DNA of 64,000 nucleotides from the NCBI GenBank assembly GCA_963699255.1, contig OY969425.1, positions 935,112 through 999,111 on the forward strand, given 5' to 3'. A model generated the notes under the pieces. That model saw nothing but the letters and a program-made list of their open reading frames with translations. It was not told the DNA's origin and made no database searches. Made by a program: the position numbers and the translations under genes. This DNA comes from an uncultured bacterium. GTDB lineage: Bacteria > Margulisbacteria > WOR-1 > CAVSGV01. Positions 46,824-58,028 of the stretch are shown one piece after another (the first letter of the stretch is position 1; every line of letters begins with the position of its first letter).

Positions 46824-48468
<1,645 letters not shown>

Positions 48469-48478
48469 ACCATATCGT

Positions 48479-49174
48479 TCACCATATCAAAATTGAAACA
48501 ATTGCCCCCAAAGCGAGGAAAGGCGCGAACGGAATATAATCCTCCCTGTTCAGCTTTTTCAGCAGGATTAGCGCTATGCCCGCTGCGGCTCCGGTCAGCG
48601 AAGCGAAGAGAACGGATAGAAGCGTCCTCTCGATGCCGAGATTTGCCCCGAGCATGATAAGCAGCTTTATATCCCCGTCGCCCATCGCCTCTTTTTTTAA
48701 CGCGTATTTTGCCGCCGACGAGATCAGGAACATGAACGAAAAACCGAAACAAGCGCCGGTCAGGCTTTCGATAAAGTTGCCGCTATAAGCCGAATACGCG
48801 AGCCCCGTGCCGATCCCGATCAGCATCAGGAAATCGGGGATCACCATGTGTTCAATGTCAATAAAAGAAATAAGGACCAGCAGGATCGAGAATATTAAAA
48901 TAGCGGCGAACCGGACTGAAAAACCCACCTTTAGATAGAAGATCAATAACAGCGCCGCGGTCAGGGCTTCAACAACAGGATAGCGGATGGATATCTTTTC
49001 CCCGCAATATCTGCAGCGGCCGCGAAGGATCAAATAACTGATCAGGGGAATAAGGTCGTAAGCTCTCAAAGTTGACTTGCATTTCGGGCAGTGGGACGGC
49101 GGGTAAACGATCGATCCCTCTTCAGGGATCCTGGAAATACATACGTTCAGAAAACTTCCCGTAACAAGGCCCAA
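48479..49174 (-). CDS. pilD: Prepilin peptidase (A24 family)
   Basis: Zinc-binding CPKC...CRYCGEKIS and catalytic region MGDGDIKL; multiple TM helices. Confidence 0.8.
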   Translation of the reverse strand: MGLVTGSFLNVCISRIPEEGSIVYPPSHCPKCKSTLRAYDLIPLISYLILRGRCRYCGEKISIRYPVVEALTAALLLIFYLKVGFSVRFAAILIFSILLVLISFIDIEHMVIPDFLMLIGIGTGLAYSAYSGNFIESLTGACFGFSFMFLISSAAKYALKKEAMGDGDIKLLIMLGANLGIERTLLSVLFASLTGAAAGIALILLKKLNREDYIPFAPFLALGAIVSILIW

Positions 49175-49229
49175 AACAATTATTAGTGAGTAAATCGCTG
49201 CCGTTTCTACTTTAATGCCGCCTCTTTTC

Positions 49230-49258
49230 TTGACTTTACCAGCAAATAAATATATATT
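49230..49258 (+). promoter_or_regulatory. Sigma-70-like promoter (TTGACT-N17-TATATT) for the REC-pilB-pilC operon
   Basis: -35 at 49230-49235, -10 at 49253-49258. Confidence 0.4.
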
Positions 49259-49288
49259 AGTATATCTTTGAAGTCAAATCCGTCTTGA

Positions 49289-49308
49289 CCTGCCTGCCGG
49301 CAGGCAGG
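49289..49308 (+). promoter_or_regulatory. Perfect 20-bp GC-rich palindrome CCTGCCTGCCGGCAGGCAGG in the leader of the pilus operon
   Basis: Exact inverted repeat (10+10) between the predicted promoter and the ATG at 49322, with no following T-run. Confidence 0.5.
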
Positions 49309-49321
49309 GGCAGAAAGATCT

Positions 49322-49675
49322 ATGAAAAAAATCCTAGTGGTGGACGACGAGGAAAGCGTAAGAATCATATTAAAACAGATGCTTGAAAAGGGCGGCTACA
49401 GCGTTGAGGTCAGGAGCGACGGAGAGGAAGCGCTGGGGGCGCTAAAAAGCGGCCGTTTTAACATGCTTATCACCGACATTAATATGCCGAAAATGAACGG
49501 CATTGAACTCCTTTATAAAACAAAAGAAGAGTTCCCCGCCATGCCTGTGGTCTTTATCACCGCTTACGGAAAAGACAAAACGATAATTGAGGCAATGAAA
49601 ATGGGGCTCTCCGATAACATAGAAAAACCGTTCAGGATGGATGATGTCCTGAAGACCGTTAAAGACCTCATTTAA
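49322..49675 (+). CDS. Stand-alone response-regulator receiver (CheY-like)
   Basis: 117 aa; KILVVDDEESVR...MLITDINMPKMNG with acceptor Asp; no output domain. Confidence 0.8.
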   Translation: MKKILVVDDEESVRIILKQMLEKGGYSVEVRSDGEEALGALKSGRFNMLITDINMPKMNGIELLYKTKEEFPAMPVVFITAYGKDKTIIEAMKMGLSDNIEKPFRMDDVLKTVKDLI

Positions 49676-49692
49676 AGAAGGGACGTGAGCAG

Positions 49693-51390
49693 ATGCCCGT
49701 CAGGCAAAGAAAATCCCTCGGGGAAAGCCTTGTTGAACAAAAGATAATATCCGAAGAGCAGCTCAGGACCGCCGTAAAAGAAAGCGAGAACAGCGGCGAA
49801 CCGCTGAGAAAAACGCTTGTAAAGACCGGATTGGTCTCTGAAGAAGACATCTGCGGCTTCTTTGAGGAACAGCTAGGGATCCCCAGAATAGACCTGAAAA
49901 ATTACCTGATAGATCAAAAGATACTTTCGCTGATCCCCGAAAGTCTCGCCAAGAAATACAACCTGATCCCGCTTTTCAAGACCGGGGATACCCTGACGAT
50001 AGCCACCGCCGACCCTCTAAATGTCGTGGCTATGGATGAGATCAGGATAAAGACCAAAAGCAACATTGAACCCGCGGTGGCGACAGAAACCGAAATAAGG
50101 AACTCGATAAACCAGTATTACGGGGTAGGCGGCTCCATAGAAGACATCATCAGGAGCATTGACATAAAATCGCTCGCCATAGATGAAGGCAAGGAAGAAA
50201 TAGAGCCGGAAAAGCTGAAAAATATCGCGGAAGAAGCGCCCATAATCAAGCTTGTGAACCTGATAATCCTTCAGGCGATAAGGGATAAAGCTTCCGATAT
50301 TCACGTGGAACCGGAAGAGGACAGCCTGCAGATCAGGTTCAGGGTCGATGGGATCCTGCATGAGCAGGCCACCATCCCGAAACAGATGCAGGCGGCGGTG
50401 CTTTCCAGAATGAAAATAATGTCCGACATGAACATCGCGACAAAAAGGATCCCTCAGGACGGAAGGTTCAGGTTGAACATAGAGGGAGGACAGATAGATA
50501 TGAGAGTGTCATCCCTCCCGACCATCTTCGGCGAAAATATCGTGATGAGGCTTCTTGATACGACAAGCATACTTATCGGTCTGGAAAGGCTGGGCTTTGA
50601 CGAAAAAAACCTTGAAAAATTCAAGTCCCTTATCGTCAAACCGCACGGGATAATCCTTGTTACGGGTCCTACAGGTTCCGGGAAAACAACGACGCTGTAT
50701 TCCGCTTTGAACACCATAAACACTCCGGACAAGAACATCATTACGGTCGAAGATCCGGTGGAATATCAGCTGAAAATGATCCGCCAGTCGCAGATAAACC
50801 CGAAAGCGGGGCTTACTTTCGCGACGGGACTGCGTTCGATCTTAAGGCAGGATCCGGACGTAATAATGGTCGGTGAAATAAGGGACCTGGAGACGGCTGA
50901 AATATCGATCCAGGCGGCGCTGACCGGGCATCTGGTGTTTTCCACCCTTCACACGAACGATGCCCCCAGTTCGCTGACCAGATTGACCGACATGGGGGTT
51001 GAACCTTTCCTTATATCCTCTTCCGTGATCGGGATCATCGCCCAGAGACTTGTAAGAACGATATGTCCGTCCTGCAAGCAATCCTATACCCCTTCCAAGG
51101 AGGCCCTTGATGATATAGGCGTAACACTTCCGGAAGGACCGCTGAAGTTCTACAGGGGCGCCGGATGCAAGGTCTGCAAGAACACCGGATACAAAGGCAG
51201 GATAGGGATATTTGAAATGCTCCTGCTTGATGACAAGATCAGGGACCTGATCCTTGCCAAAACCTCGAGTGCTCAGATAAAACACCTGGCGCAGGAATCC
51301 GGCATGAAGACGCTGCGCGAGGACGGGGTCGTAAAAGTGCTCGCGGGCGCTACCACGATAGATGAAGTTATCAGGGTAACTCAGGAATAA
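49693..51390 (+). CDS. pilB: Type IV pilus assembly ATPase (GspE/PilB family)
   Basis: N-terminal GspE-type domain, Walker A VTGPTGSGKTTTLYS, C-terminal tetracysteine CPSC...CKVCKNTGYKGRIGIFE. Confidence 0.9.
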   Translation: MPVRQRKSLGESLVEQKIISEEQLRTAVKESENSGEPLRKTLVKTGLVSEEDICGFFEEQLGIPRIDLKNYLIDQKILSLIPESLAKKYNLIPLFKTGDTLTIATADPLNVVAMDEIRIKTKSNIEPAVATETEIRNSINQYYGVGGSIEDIIRSIDIKSLAIDEGKEEIEPEKLKNIAEEAPIIKLVNLIILQAIRDKASDIHVEPEEDSLQIRFRVDGILHEQATIPKQMQAAVLSRMKIMSDMNIATKRIPQDGRFRLNIEGGQIDMRVSSLPTIFGENIVMRLLDTTSILIGLERLGFDEKNLEKFKSLIVKPHGIILVTGPTGSGKTTTLYSALNTINTPDKNIITVEDPVEYQLKMIRQSQINPKAGLTFATGLRSILRQDPDVIMVGEIRDLETAEISIQAALTGHLVFSTLHTNDAPSSLTRLTDMGVEPFLISSSVIGIIAQRLVRTICPSCKQSYTPSKEALDDIGVTLPEGPLKFYRGAGCKVCKNTGYKGRIGIFEMLLLDDKIRDLILAKTSSAQIKHLAQESGMKTLREDGVVKVLAGATTIDEVIRVTQE

Positions 51391-51401
51391 GATAATTCAG
51401 C

Positions 51402-52616
51402 ATGCCAACTTTTTCCTATAAAGCGAGAGACGAAACCGGCAAGCCGATCTCCAGCATAATGGAAGCGTCAAATAAAGATGCCCTTGCCTCAAGGCTGCAA
51501 AAGCTCAAGTACACGGTCATCTCAATTTCCGAAAAAGCGATCCCGTTCACAATAGATAAGTTCCTGCGAAGGTTCACCAGAGTAAAGATCAATGACCTGG
51601 TAATGTTCAATGTTCAACTTGCCAATATGATAGGCGCCGGGATCCCGTTGCCATCGAGCCTTATGACCCTTTCGGAACAGATCGAGAACGAAAGATTAAA
51701 GGATGCCGTAAGCGACGTATATAACGAGATAAAGGGAGGCCAGACCTTCGCTGACTCCTTAAAAAAACATCCCGATATTTTCCCCCCGCTTTTCACGAAC
51801 ATGATACATGCCGGCGAGGTCGCCGGGAACCTGGATGAAATATTGAACAGGCTGGCGACATTCGTGGAACACGAATCGGAGCTGAGGCAAAAAATAACCA
51901 CGGCGCTGTTTTATCCGATGATCCTTGCCGTATTCGGCACTGCCGTCGTGGTGTTAATTATTGTTACTATACTTCCCTCTTTCGCCAAAATATTCATCGA
52001 AGCTAATGTTCCGCTGCCGCTGCCGACAATGGTGCTTTATAACCTGAACCTGGTAATAAGGGCTTACTGGAAGCATATTATTGTGGCGATTGCAGCGCTG
52101 TTCTTTCTCGCGAGGTGGTACAAAAGGACCCCGACCGGGAAATATTACCTGGACAGCGCCATGCTCAATATCCCTGTCTGGGGAAAACTGATAAGGGAGT
52201 CAACGGTCGCCCGCCTCACAAGGACACTTGCGTCGCTCATTTCAGCCGGCGTCCCGATGCTGCAGTCACTTGAGGTAACGGAGAAGACAATAGACAACTC
52301 GATAATCTCCGGGGTTCTGAAGGACGTATATTCATCGGTAAGCAAAGGCGAGACTATTTCAGAACCGCTAAGGAAAAGCGGCCAGTTCCCGGCTATGCCC
52401 ATCCACATGATAGCCGTTGGTGAAGAAACCGGTGCACTGGATACAATGCTCAACAAAGTTGCCGATTATTACGACATGGAAACAGAATACAGCATAAAAA
52501 GGATCACTTCGCTTCTTGAGCCTATTTTTCTGGTCATTATCGGCGGTATGGTGGGATTCATTTTTGCATCTATACTGCTGCCCATATTCCAGATGGTGAA
52601 GACGCTGAAACACTAG
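51402..52616 (+). CDS. pilC: Type IV pilus inner-membrane platform protein (GspF/PilC family)
   Basis: Two-repeat GspF architecture with three TM segments; 404 aa. Confidence 0.9.
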   Translation: MPTFSYKARDETGKPISSIMEASNKDALASRLQKLKYTVISISEKAIPFTIDKFLRRFTRVKINDLVMFNVQLANMIGAGIPLPSSLMTLSEQIENERLKDAVSDVYNEIKGGQTFADSLKKHPDIFPPLFTNMIHAGEVAGNLDEILNRLATFVEHESELRQKITTALFYPMILAVFGTAVVVLIIVTILPSFAKIFIEANVPLPLPTMVLYNLNLVIRAYWKHIIVAIAALFFLARWYKRTPTGKYYLDSAMLNIPVWGKLIRESTVARLTRTLASLISAGVPMLQSLEVTEKTIDNSIISGVLKDVYSSVSKGETISEPLRKSGQFPAMPIHMIAVGEETGALDTMLNKVADYYDMETEYSIKRITSLLEPIFLVIIGGMVGFIFASILLPIFQMVKTLKH

Positions 52617-52768
52617 AGGAGCTAGAAGAACTAGATGTTAAGAGGTGAAAAGGTTGAGAAGAAAAAGAGGAAGGACCTCTTTACCTCTTCCACTTTTAGC
52701 TCCCCTAGCTCTTCTAATTCTTGCGTATTATTATTACGGTAGTATAATGTTTTTCGTCTCTGGTACAT

Positions 52769-53815
52769 ATGGAAATAAACAGCTTACTTAAAATAGTAGT
52801 TGAAAAAAATGCTTCGGATCTGCTCATCGTATCCGGAACAGCTCCTGTACTCAGGATCAACGGGGCGCTTTCTCCCATAGATTCCGCGAGACTCTCTGAA
52901 AGCGAAGCAAAATCCCTGATCTACGGTCTTCTCACTCCGAAACAGATAGAAACCTTCGAGAAAACAAAGGAACTTGACTGCGGTTATGAACTTAAAGGCG
53001 TATCAAGGTTCAGGGTCAACGTTCACTATCAAAGAGGCACGGCAGCAGCGGCACTGAGGCTTATCCCTTCCGAGATCCCGACGCTCGAGGACTTAAGGCT
53101 CCCAAATGTTGTTGCCGATTTCGCCAACCTTGAGCGGGGGCTGGTGCTTGTGACCGGACCCACGGGATCCGGGAAAACCACAACGCAGGCGTGCATGGTG
53201 GACATTATCAATGCGAGCAGGAGCCGCCACGTGATAACCATAGAAGACCCCATCGAATACGTCCACGGAAACAAAAGAAGCATTGTGGAACAAAGAGAGG
53301 TCGGACTCGACACCGAATCCTTTGATTCCGCCTTGAAGAGAGTGCTAAGGCAGAACCCTGATGTCATACTGATAGGGGAAATGAGAGACCTGGAAACCAT
53401 ACAAACCGCTATAACAGCCGCGGAAACAGGCCACCTTGTCATATCCACCCTTCATACGAACGACGCTGTGCAGGCGGTAGACCGCATTATCGATGTTTTC
53501 CCGCCATACCAGCAGACCCAGGTAAGGATGCAGCTTTCGCTGTCCCTGCAGGGGATAATGGCCCAGCAGCTTATACCGAGAATAGACAAGAAGGGACAGA
53601 TAGTCGCCACAGAGGTCCTTATTGCCACTTCGGCCGTCAGGAATTTGATCAGGAAAGGCACCACCCAGGAGCTATATTCCACACTGGACATAGGCGCGAA
53701 ATTCGGGATGCAGAGCATGGATGCCTGCCTTAAGAATCTATACAAGAACAAGTTGATATCATACGACGAAGCTTTCGCGCACGCGATAAACCAGGAGCAT
53801 TTCGAGAAACTTTGA
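52769..53815 (+). CDS. pilT: Twitching-motility retraction ATPase
   Basis: 348 aa; LVLVTGPTGSGKTTT Walker A, GHLVISTLHTND and general PilT length. Confidence 0.9.
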   Translation: MEINSLLKIVVEKNASDLLIVSGTAPVLRINGALSPIDSARLSESEAKSLIYGLLTPKQIETFEKTKELDCGYELKGVSRFRVNVHYQRGTAAAALRLIPSEIPTLEDLRLPNVVADFANLERGLVLVTGPTGSGKTTTQACMVDIINASRSRHVITIEDPIEYVHGNKRSIVEQREVGLDTESFDSALKRVLRQNPDVILIGEMRDLETIQTAITAAETGHLVISTLHTNDAVQAVDRIIDVFPPYQQTQVRMQLSLSLQGIMAQQLIPRIDKKGQIVATEVLIATSAVRNLIRKGTTQELYSTLDIGAKFGMQSMDACLKNLYKNKLISYDEAFAHAINQEHFEKL

Positions 53816-53839
53816 CATTTCGTCCCGTTATAATATAAT
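53812..53839 (+). promoter_or_regulatory. Sigma-70-like promoter (TTGACA-N16-TATAAT) for the pilin gene
   Basis: -35 at 53812-53817, -10 at 53834-53839, then RBS AGGAGGGGG and ATG at 53864. Confidence 0.45.
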
Positions 53840-53863
53840 GTAAAAAAAGGAGGGGGTGAAAAA

Positions 53864-54316
53864 ATGAAAACAAGCAAAGGCTTTACTCTTATCGAGTTAC
53901 TCATAGTCATGGCGGTCATAGCCATATTGATCGCTATAGCGATCCCTAGCTTCAGAGGCATGCAGCAGGAAGCAAGGAAGACAAAGGCTCAGGGCGACGT
54001 CAGGGTAATAAAGATTGCTATCGAATCTTACTACAAGAATCATAACAATCAATACCCGGCTACTGGAGTCGACTACCAGACAACACTGCAAAACGCTGTA
54101 CCAAGGATACTTGAAGGAACGTTGAACGATCCTTTCAGCGTAGGTGCAAATGTGCCTTATCAGTATGCTCTAAGCGGTGCAGACCCAACGAGTTCCGATT
54201 ACTATATCATATGGTCAGTCGGACCGAATCAATCAGCTGTACCGGCCACAGTGTCAACATCAGGCATTGTTACGGCAACAAATGAGGTGATCTGGGAATC
54301 GAACGGTCACATGTAA
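53864..54316 (+). CDS. Type IV pilin (major pilin candidate)
   Basis: Class III signal MKTSKG/FTLIELLIVMAVIAILIAIAIPSF with Glu5 after the G/F cleavage site; 150 aa. Confidence 0.85.
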   Translation: MKTSKGFTLIELLIVMAVIAILIAIAIPSFRGMQQEARKTKAQGDVRVIKIAIESYYKNHNNQYPATGVDYQTTLQNAVPRILEGTLNDPFSVGANVPYQYALSGADPTSSDYYIIWSVGPNQSAVPATVSTSGIVTATNEVIWESNGHM

Positions 54317-54350
54317 TCACGGAATGTCTTTAAAGACATGTTGATTTAAA

Positions 54351-54381
54351 GGGAGCTGACTAGTCGGCTCCCTTTCTTTTT
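54351..54381 (+). terminator. Intrinsic terminator after the pilin gene
   Basis: Stem GGGAGC...GCTCCC followed by TTTCTTTTT. Confidence 0.55.
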
Positions 54382-54384
54382 AAT

Positions 54385-54545
54385 TTCCAATGACCAATCC
54401 CAAATAAATACCAATTAATTTGCAATTACCAATTTGACAATTGACCGCTAAGTACAAAAGCGCACAATTTGTCTTATTTCATTGACTAATTGGACATTGG
54501 TCATTAATTTGACATTTGACACTGGAAATTGGTAATTGATTTTCC
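54385..54545. repeat. Low-complexity intergenic repeat (CCAAT / ATTGG and TTGACA motifs)
   Basis: CCAATGACCAATCC...CAATTACCAATTTGACAATTGACC...TTGGACATTGGTCATTAATTTGACATTTGACACTGGAAATTGGTAATTG with inverted symmetry. Confidence 0.55.
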
Positions 54546-54564
54546 TTTGTGTTATCATTTCTTC

Positions 54565-54924
54565 ATGAAATCAAAGGGTTTTACTCTACTTGAGATCCTC
54601 CTGATAATAATCATCCTTATTTTAGTTTTCTTTCCGCTTTTGGAGATGCTCTCAAGCGGCCTTCTGGTAAGCGACAAAGTAAAAAGCACGAACACCGCCA
54701 TGATACTTGCCCAGCAACAAATGGAGGCCGTTAAGAATTCCTCCTTCACTTCCATAAGCAGCACACCTCAGACCACGATCGCGTCATACCCGGCCTATAG
54801 CTCACAGGTCATAGTAAGCACGCCTCAAACTAATTTAAAGGATGTTCAGGTGATAGTATACTGGCTTTCGGTCACAGGATCACAAACAAGTGTATCTATT
54901 GAAACATTTATATCGAATTTCTAA
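54565..54924 (+). CDS. Minor pilin / pseudopilin with prepilin-type N-terminus
   Basis: MKSKG/FTLLEILLIIIILILVF; start taken at the internal ATG at 54565. Confidence 0.65.
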   Translation: MKSKGFTLLEILLIIIILILVFFPLLEMLSSGLLVSDKVKSTNTAMILAQQQMEAVKNSSFTSISSTPQTTIASYPAYSSQVIVSTPQTNLKDVQVIVYWLSVTGSQTSVSIETFISNF

Positions 54925-54937
54925 GGAGCTCACACAG

Positions 54938-55501
54938 ATGCTTGGATTTGCTCAGCATGACACACAATGTCGCTCTGAACGAAGTGAAGGATCTGCCTTG
55001 AAGGAAAGTCTGCGGCGTTCTGCAGGGTTCACCTTAGTGGAATCCGTTTTAGTGCTGGCTATGCTCGGTTTTTTGATGGTCGTGATCTTTTACGCCTTCA
55101 CGGCCTCCATGCGCATCTTCACGAGTGAGATGTCCGAAGCCGATACATCCCTGGAAACGCACAGGGCCATGGAGCGGATGACAAAAGAGCTGAGGGGCGC
55201 CCTTCAGATAGTTTCGGCGGAGGCTTCAAGCATAACCTTCTGGTATAACGATCTAAATGGTGATGGAACAATGGAAGCGAATGAAACCGTAACATATTCC
55301 TGGACAGGAGCATCTCCGGGATACATAAACAGGACTGTGCAAACTTCGACACAGGAGGTCTCGTCCGGGATCATGAACTTTTCTCTTACATATAATGACC
55401 CGGACCCGTCCAATATCAACTTCATCACCATATTTATGGCCGCTCAGAATGGCTCTACCATGAGCACGCTCGAATCCAGTGTGGACTGCAGAAATTTATG
55501 A
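54938..55501 (+). CDS. Minor pilin / pseudopilin with long leader
   Basis: RRSAG/FTLVESVLVLAMLGFLMVVIFYAF after a ~30-aa leader; RBS AAGGAG before the ATG at 54938. Confidence 0.6.
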   Translation: MLGFAQHDTQCRSERSEGSALKESLRRSAGFTLVESVLVLAMLGFLMVVIFYAFTASMRIFTSEMSEADTSLETHRAMERMTKELRGALQIVSAEASSITFWYNDLNGDGTMEANETVTYSWTGASPGYINRTVQTSTQEVSSGIMNFSLTYNDPDPSNINFITIFMAAQNGSTMSTLESSVDCRNL

Positions 55502-55513
55502 TATAATCAGGTT

Positions 55514-57130
55514 GTGCCGGGAAATAATATAGTTATTGGACTGGACATAGACGGAAAATCTGTCAAGTTCGCAAAGCTTAAGAAAACTGACAGCGAAACG
55601 ACCCTTTTAAAATACGCCGTCCGCGAAGTTCCCCCATCAGAAGATAAGATCAAAGCGGTCTCAGACATCCTTAAAGACCTGTTCAAGGGCGAAAGACAGG
55701 ACACCGAAGTTTACACCTGCGCGTTCGGGACAAATGTTAGCTTAAAACGCCTGACCATCCCCGTGATGCCGGATGAAGAGATAAGGGAAGCCCTGCAGTG
55801 GGAAGCCAAAAACCTGGTCCCCTTCCCTATCGAGAATTCCACATTGGATTTCTACAAGATAGGCAAGATATCCGACAAGGCTGTGGAAAAGTATGACGTC
55901 ATGTTCGCCGTCGCCGGTGAGGAATTGCTCAGCTTCCTGACCTCCGTCTCAAAAGAATCCGGGATCCGATTTTCAGGGATATCGCTTATCCCTCTTGCGC
56001 TAAGCGCGCTCCTGCTCCACAACAAAAAGTTCGATAAAGATAAGATCAATGCCATCATAGATATCGGGGCCGAAGCTGCCAGCATAAACCTTTTCAAAGG
56101 CGATGTGCTTAACTTCACAAGGGTGATAACCGTTGCAGGCGACTCCCTCACAAAAGCCATGACAGGGCTCCTTGTGGCTGACCGATGGCAGCTGAATCTG
56201 ACCTATGAACAAGCCGAGGAAATAAAGAAAAAATACGGCATACCAAAAAAAGACACGACCGAGGTCACGGACAGCGGGATACCGCTGGTCCACATCTACG
56301 AGATGATGGCTCCAACACTGCGCAGGCTCCAGAACGAGATCCTAAGATCTTTCGATTATTATAAAGAGGAATTCAGGGAGGAAAAGATCGACAGAATATT
56401 CCTTACAGGCGGCACCTCACACCTGATCAATCTGGAAGAATTCCTCTCCAACGCGCTCGGAATAAAGGTAGAGACCTTAAATCCCTTTGAAAACCTGAAA
56501 ATAGACCCATCATCAGGAATAGCCCCCGCAGCATTAAAAGAAGCGTCGCCAAGGCTTGCCCTTGCTGCAGGTCTTGCCCTGGAACAAAGCGAAAAAATAA
56601 ATTTCCAGAGGAAAATGGAAAAGTCGCGAAAGCTGATAGGCCTGGAAGGGATGTTCGGCAAGATCAAATTAAAGATCCCGGTACAGATCCCGGTAAATCT
56701 TTTCGCCTATGGTTTAGTGGCGTTATTGATCCTTGCTTTCTCATATAACTTTTACCTGACAAGACTTAGGGATCACTACAAAAAAGAGATCGCGTCAAAA
56801 CAAGCCATTCTAACGGATGTTAAGACCCTTATTGACAAAAGAACGATCCTTGAACAGATCTCAAAGGAAGAAACCCACATAAGAGAAACCCTGTCGCAAA
56901 TGACGCGGGTGCTGCCCGCGGGCATAACCCTGACGGACCTTACATACGATAACTCGCAGCGCCAGATATGGCTGGCAGGCGCCGCCAGTGACACAAATGC
57001 GGTCGGCAGACTGCTGAAGAACTTTGAGGATTCTCCGAACTTCAAAAAAGCGGTGCTGATAGAAGCGCGCAAAGGGGCGTTTGAAGGCGTCCAAAAGGTC
57101 ATTTTTAAGATTACTTTTAACCTGACTTGA
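55514..57130 (+). CDS. PilM-PilN fusion protein
   Basis: N-terminal actin-like PilM domain (IGLDIDGKSVKFAKL..., IDIGAEAASINLF), then a TM helix and PilN-like periplasmic region; 538 aa. Confidence 0.75.
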   Translation: MPGNNIVIGLDIDGKSVKFAKLKKTDSETTLLKYAVREVPPSEDKIKAVSDILKDLFKGERQDTEVYTCAFGTNVSLKRLTIPVMPDEEIREALQWEAKNLVPFPIENSTLDFYKIGKISDKAVEKYDVMFAVAGEELLSFLTSVSKESGIRFSGISLIPLALSALLLHNKKFDKDKINAIIDIGAEAASINLFKGDVLNFTRVITVAGDSLTKAMTGLLVADRWQLNLTYEQAEEIKKKYGIPKKDTTEVTDSGIPLVHIYEMMAPTLRRLQNEILRSFDYYKEEFREEKIDRIFLTGGTSHLINLEEFLSNALGIKVETLNPFENLKIDPSSGIAPAALKEASPRLALAAGLALEQSEKINFQRKMEKSRKLIGLEGMFGKIKLKIPVQIPVNLFAYGLVALLILAFSYNFYLTRLRDHYKKEIASKQAILTDVKTLIDKRTILEQISKEETHIRETLSQMTRVLPAGITLTDLTYDNSQRQIWLAGAASDTNAVGRLLKNFEDSPNFKKAVLIEARKGAFEGVQKVIFKITFNLT

Positions 57131-57209
57131 AAATAGAAATTGAAGACCCGAGACTAAAGTCTCGGATAAGTTAACCGCGACTTCAGTCGCAAGGTTTAGG
57201 AAAAATAAT

Positions 57210-58028
57210 ATGCAGGAATTCTCATCTAAATGGCAGAATTTAATAGTGTGGACACTGGCGGTCCTCCTTCTGCTCTACGGCGCATACCATTATCTTTATC
57301 AACCCAAGCTGAAGGAGATCGAAACCCTGAAAAGCTCGCTGAAAATGATCGACAACGAAATAATGATGATAGAAGGCGGCGACCTTTTGCTCAAGGACCT
57401 GAACGCGGCCAAAGTCATGCTGAAGAAAGAACTGGAAGAGCTTTCAGTAAAGATCCCTTCGGAGGTGGACACCCCCTATCTGATAAATAACTTCATCTCT
57501 GTTGTTGGCAAAGGATTGAATATAGATTATAATCTTATCCAGCCTTCGGGTCTTGAGGATGAGCAGAAATATAAAAGACTTCCTCTTAAAGTTGAATTTG
57601 AGGGGGATTACTCTGGCCTGAATTCGTATCTGGCACAGTTAAAGAAGTTGCCGGTCACAATAAGAGTGGATTCCATGGAGCTTCGCAAGGTATCCGGGAC
57701 CAACAAGCTTACCGTAAGCATGATGCTTTCTGCGTTCGTAATGCCCGGGGGACCCGAAAAACCGCCGGGAACAGTAAGAGGGTATTCTTACATGTTCGAT
57801 CCTTTTTACGTGGGAAGCGGGAAGGCAAAACAACAAAAGCCTGAAGGAATTCAAGGTTTGCAGTACTCCGGCTACTTTAAGGGCAGGGAAATAAAGGCCA
57901 TTATTAACGATGAGCCCCTTCAGGCCGGGGAAAGCATACAGGGGTTCAGGATATTGAAAATTTACAAGGACAGGGTTATCCTTATTAAGGACAAAAAGTC
58001 GTATGTGCTTACTCTTGAGGGAAAATAA
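57210..58028 (+). CDS. PilO-like protein, possibly with PilP-like C-terminal domain
   Basis: N-terminal TM plus coiled coil typical of PilO; the C-terminal ~80 aa resemble a PilP beta-domain. 272 aa is long for PilO alone. Confidence 0.55.
   Translation: MQEFSSKWQNLIVWTLAVLLLLYGAYHYLYQPKLKEIETLKSSLKMIDNEIMMIEGGDLLLKDLNAAKVMLKKELEELSVKIPSEVDTPYLINNFISVVGKGLNIDYNLIQPSGLEDEQKYKRLPLKVEFEGDYSGLNSYLAQLKKLPVTIRVDSMELRKVSGTNKLTVSMMLSAFVMPGGPEKPPGTVRGYSYMFDPFYVGSGKAKQQKPEGIQGLQYSGYFKGREIKAIINDEPLQAGESIQGFRILKIYKDRVILIKDKKSYVLTLEGK

Noticed and set aside
53452-53961. 169-aa minus-strand ORF
   Set aside because: Antisense to pilT and the pilin promoter region.
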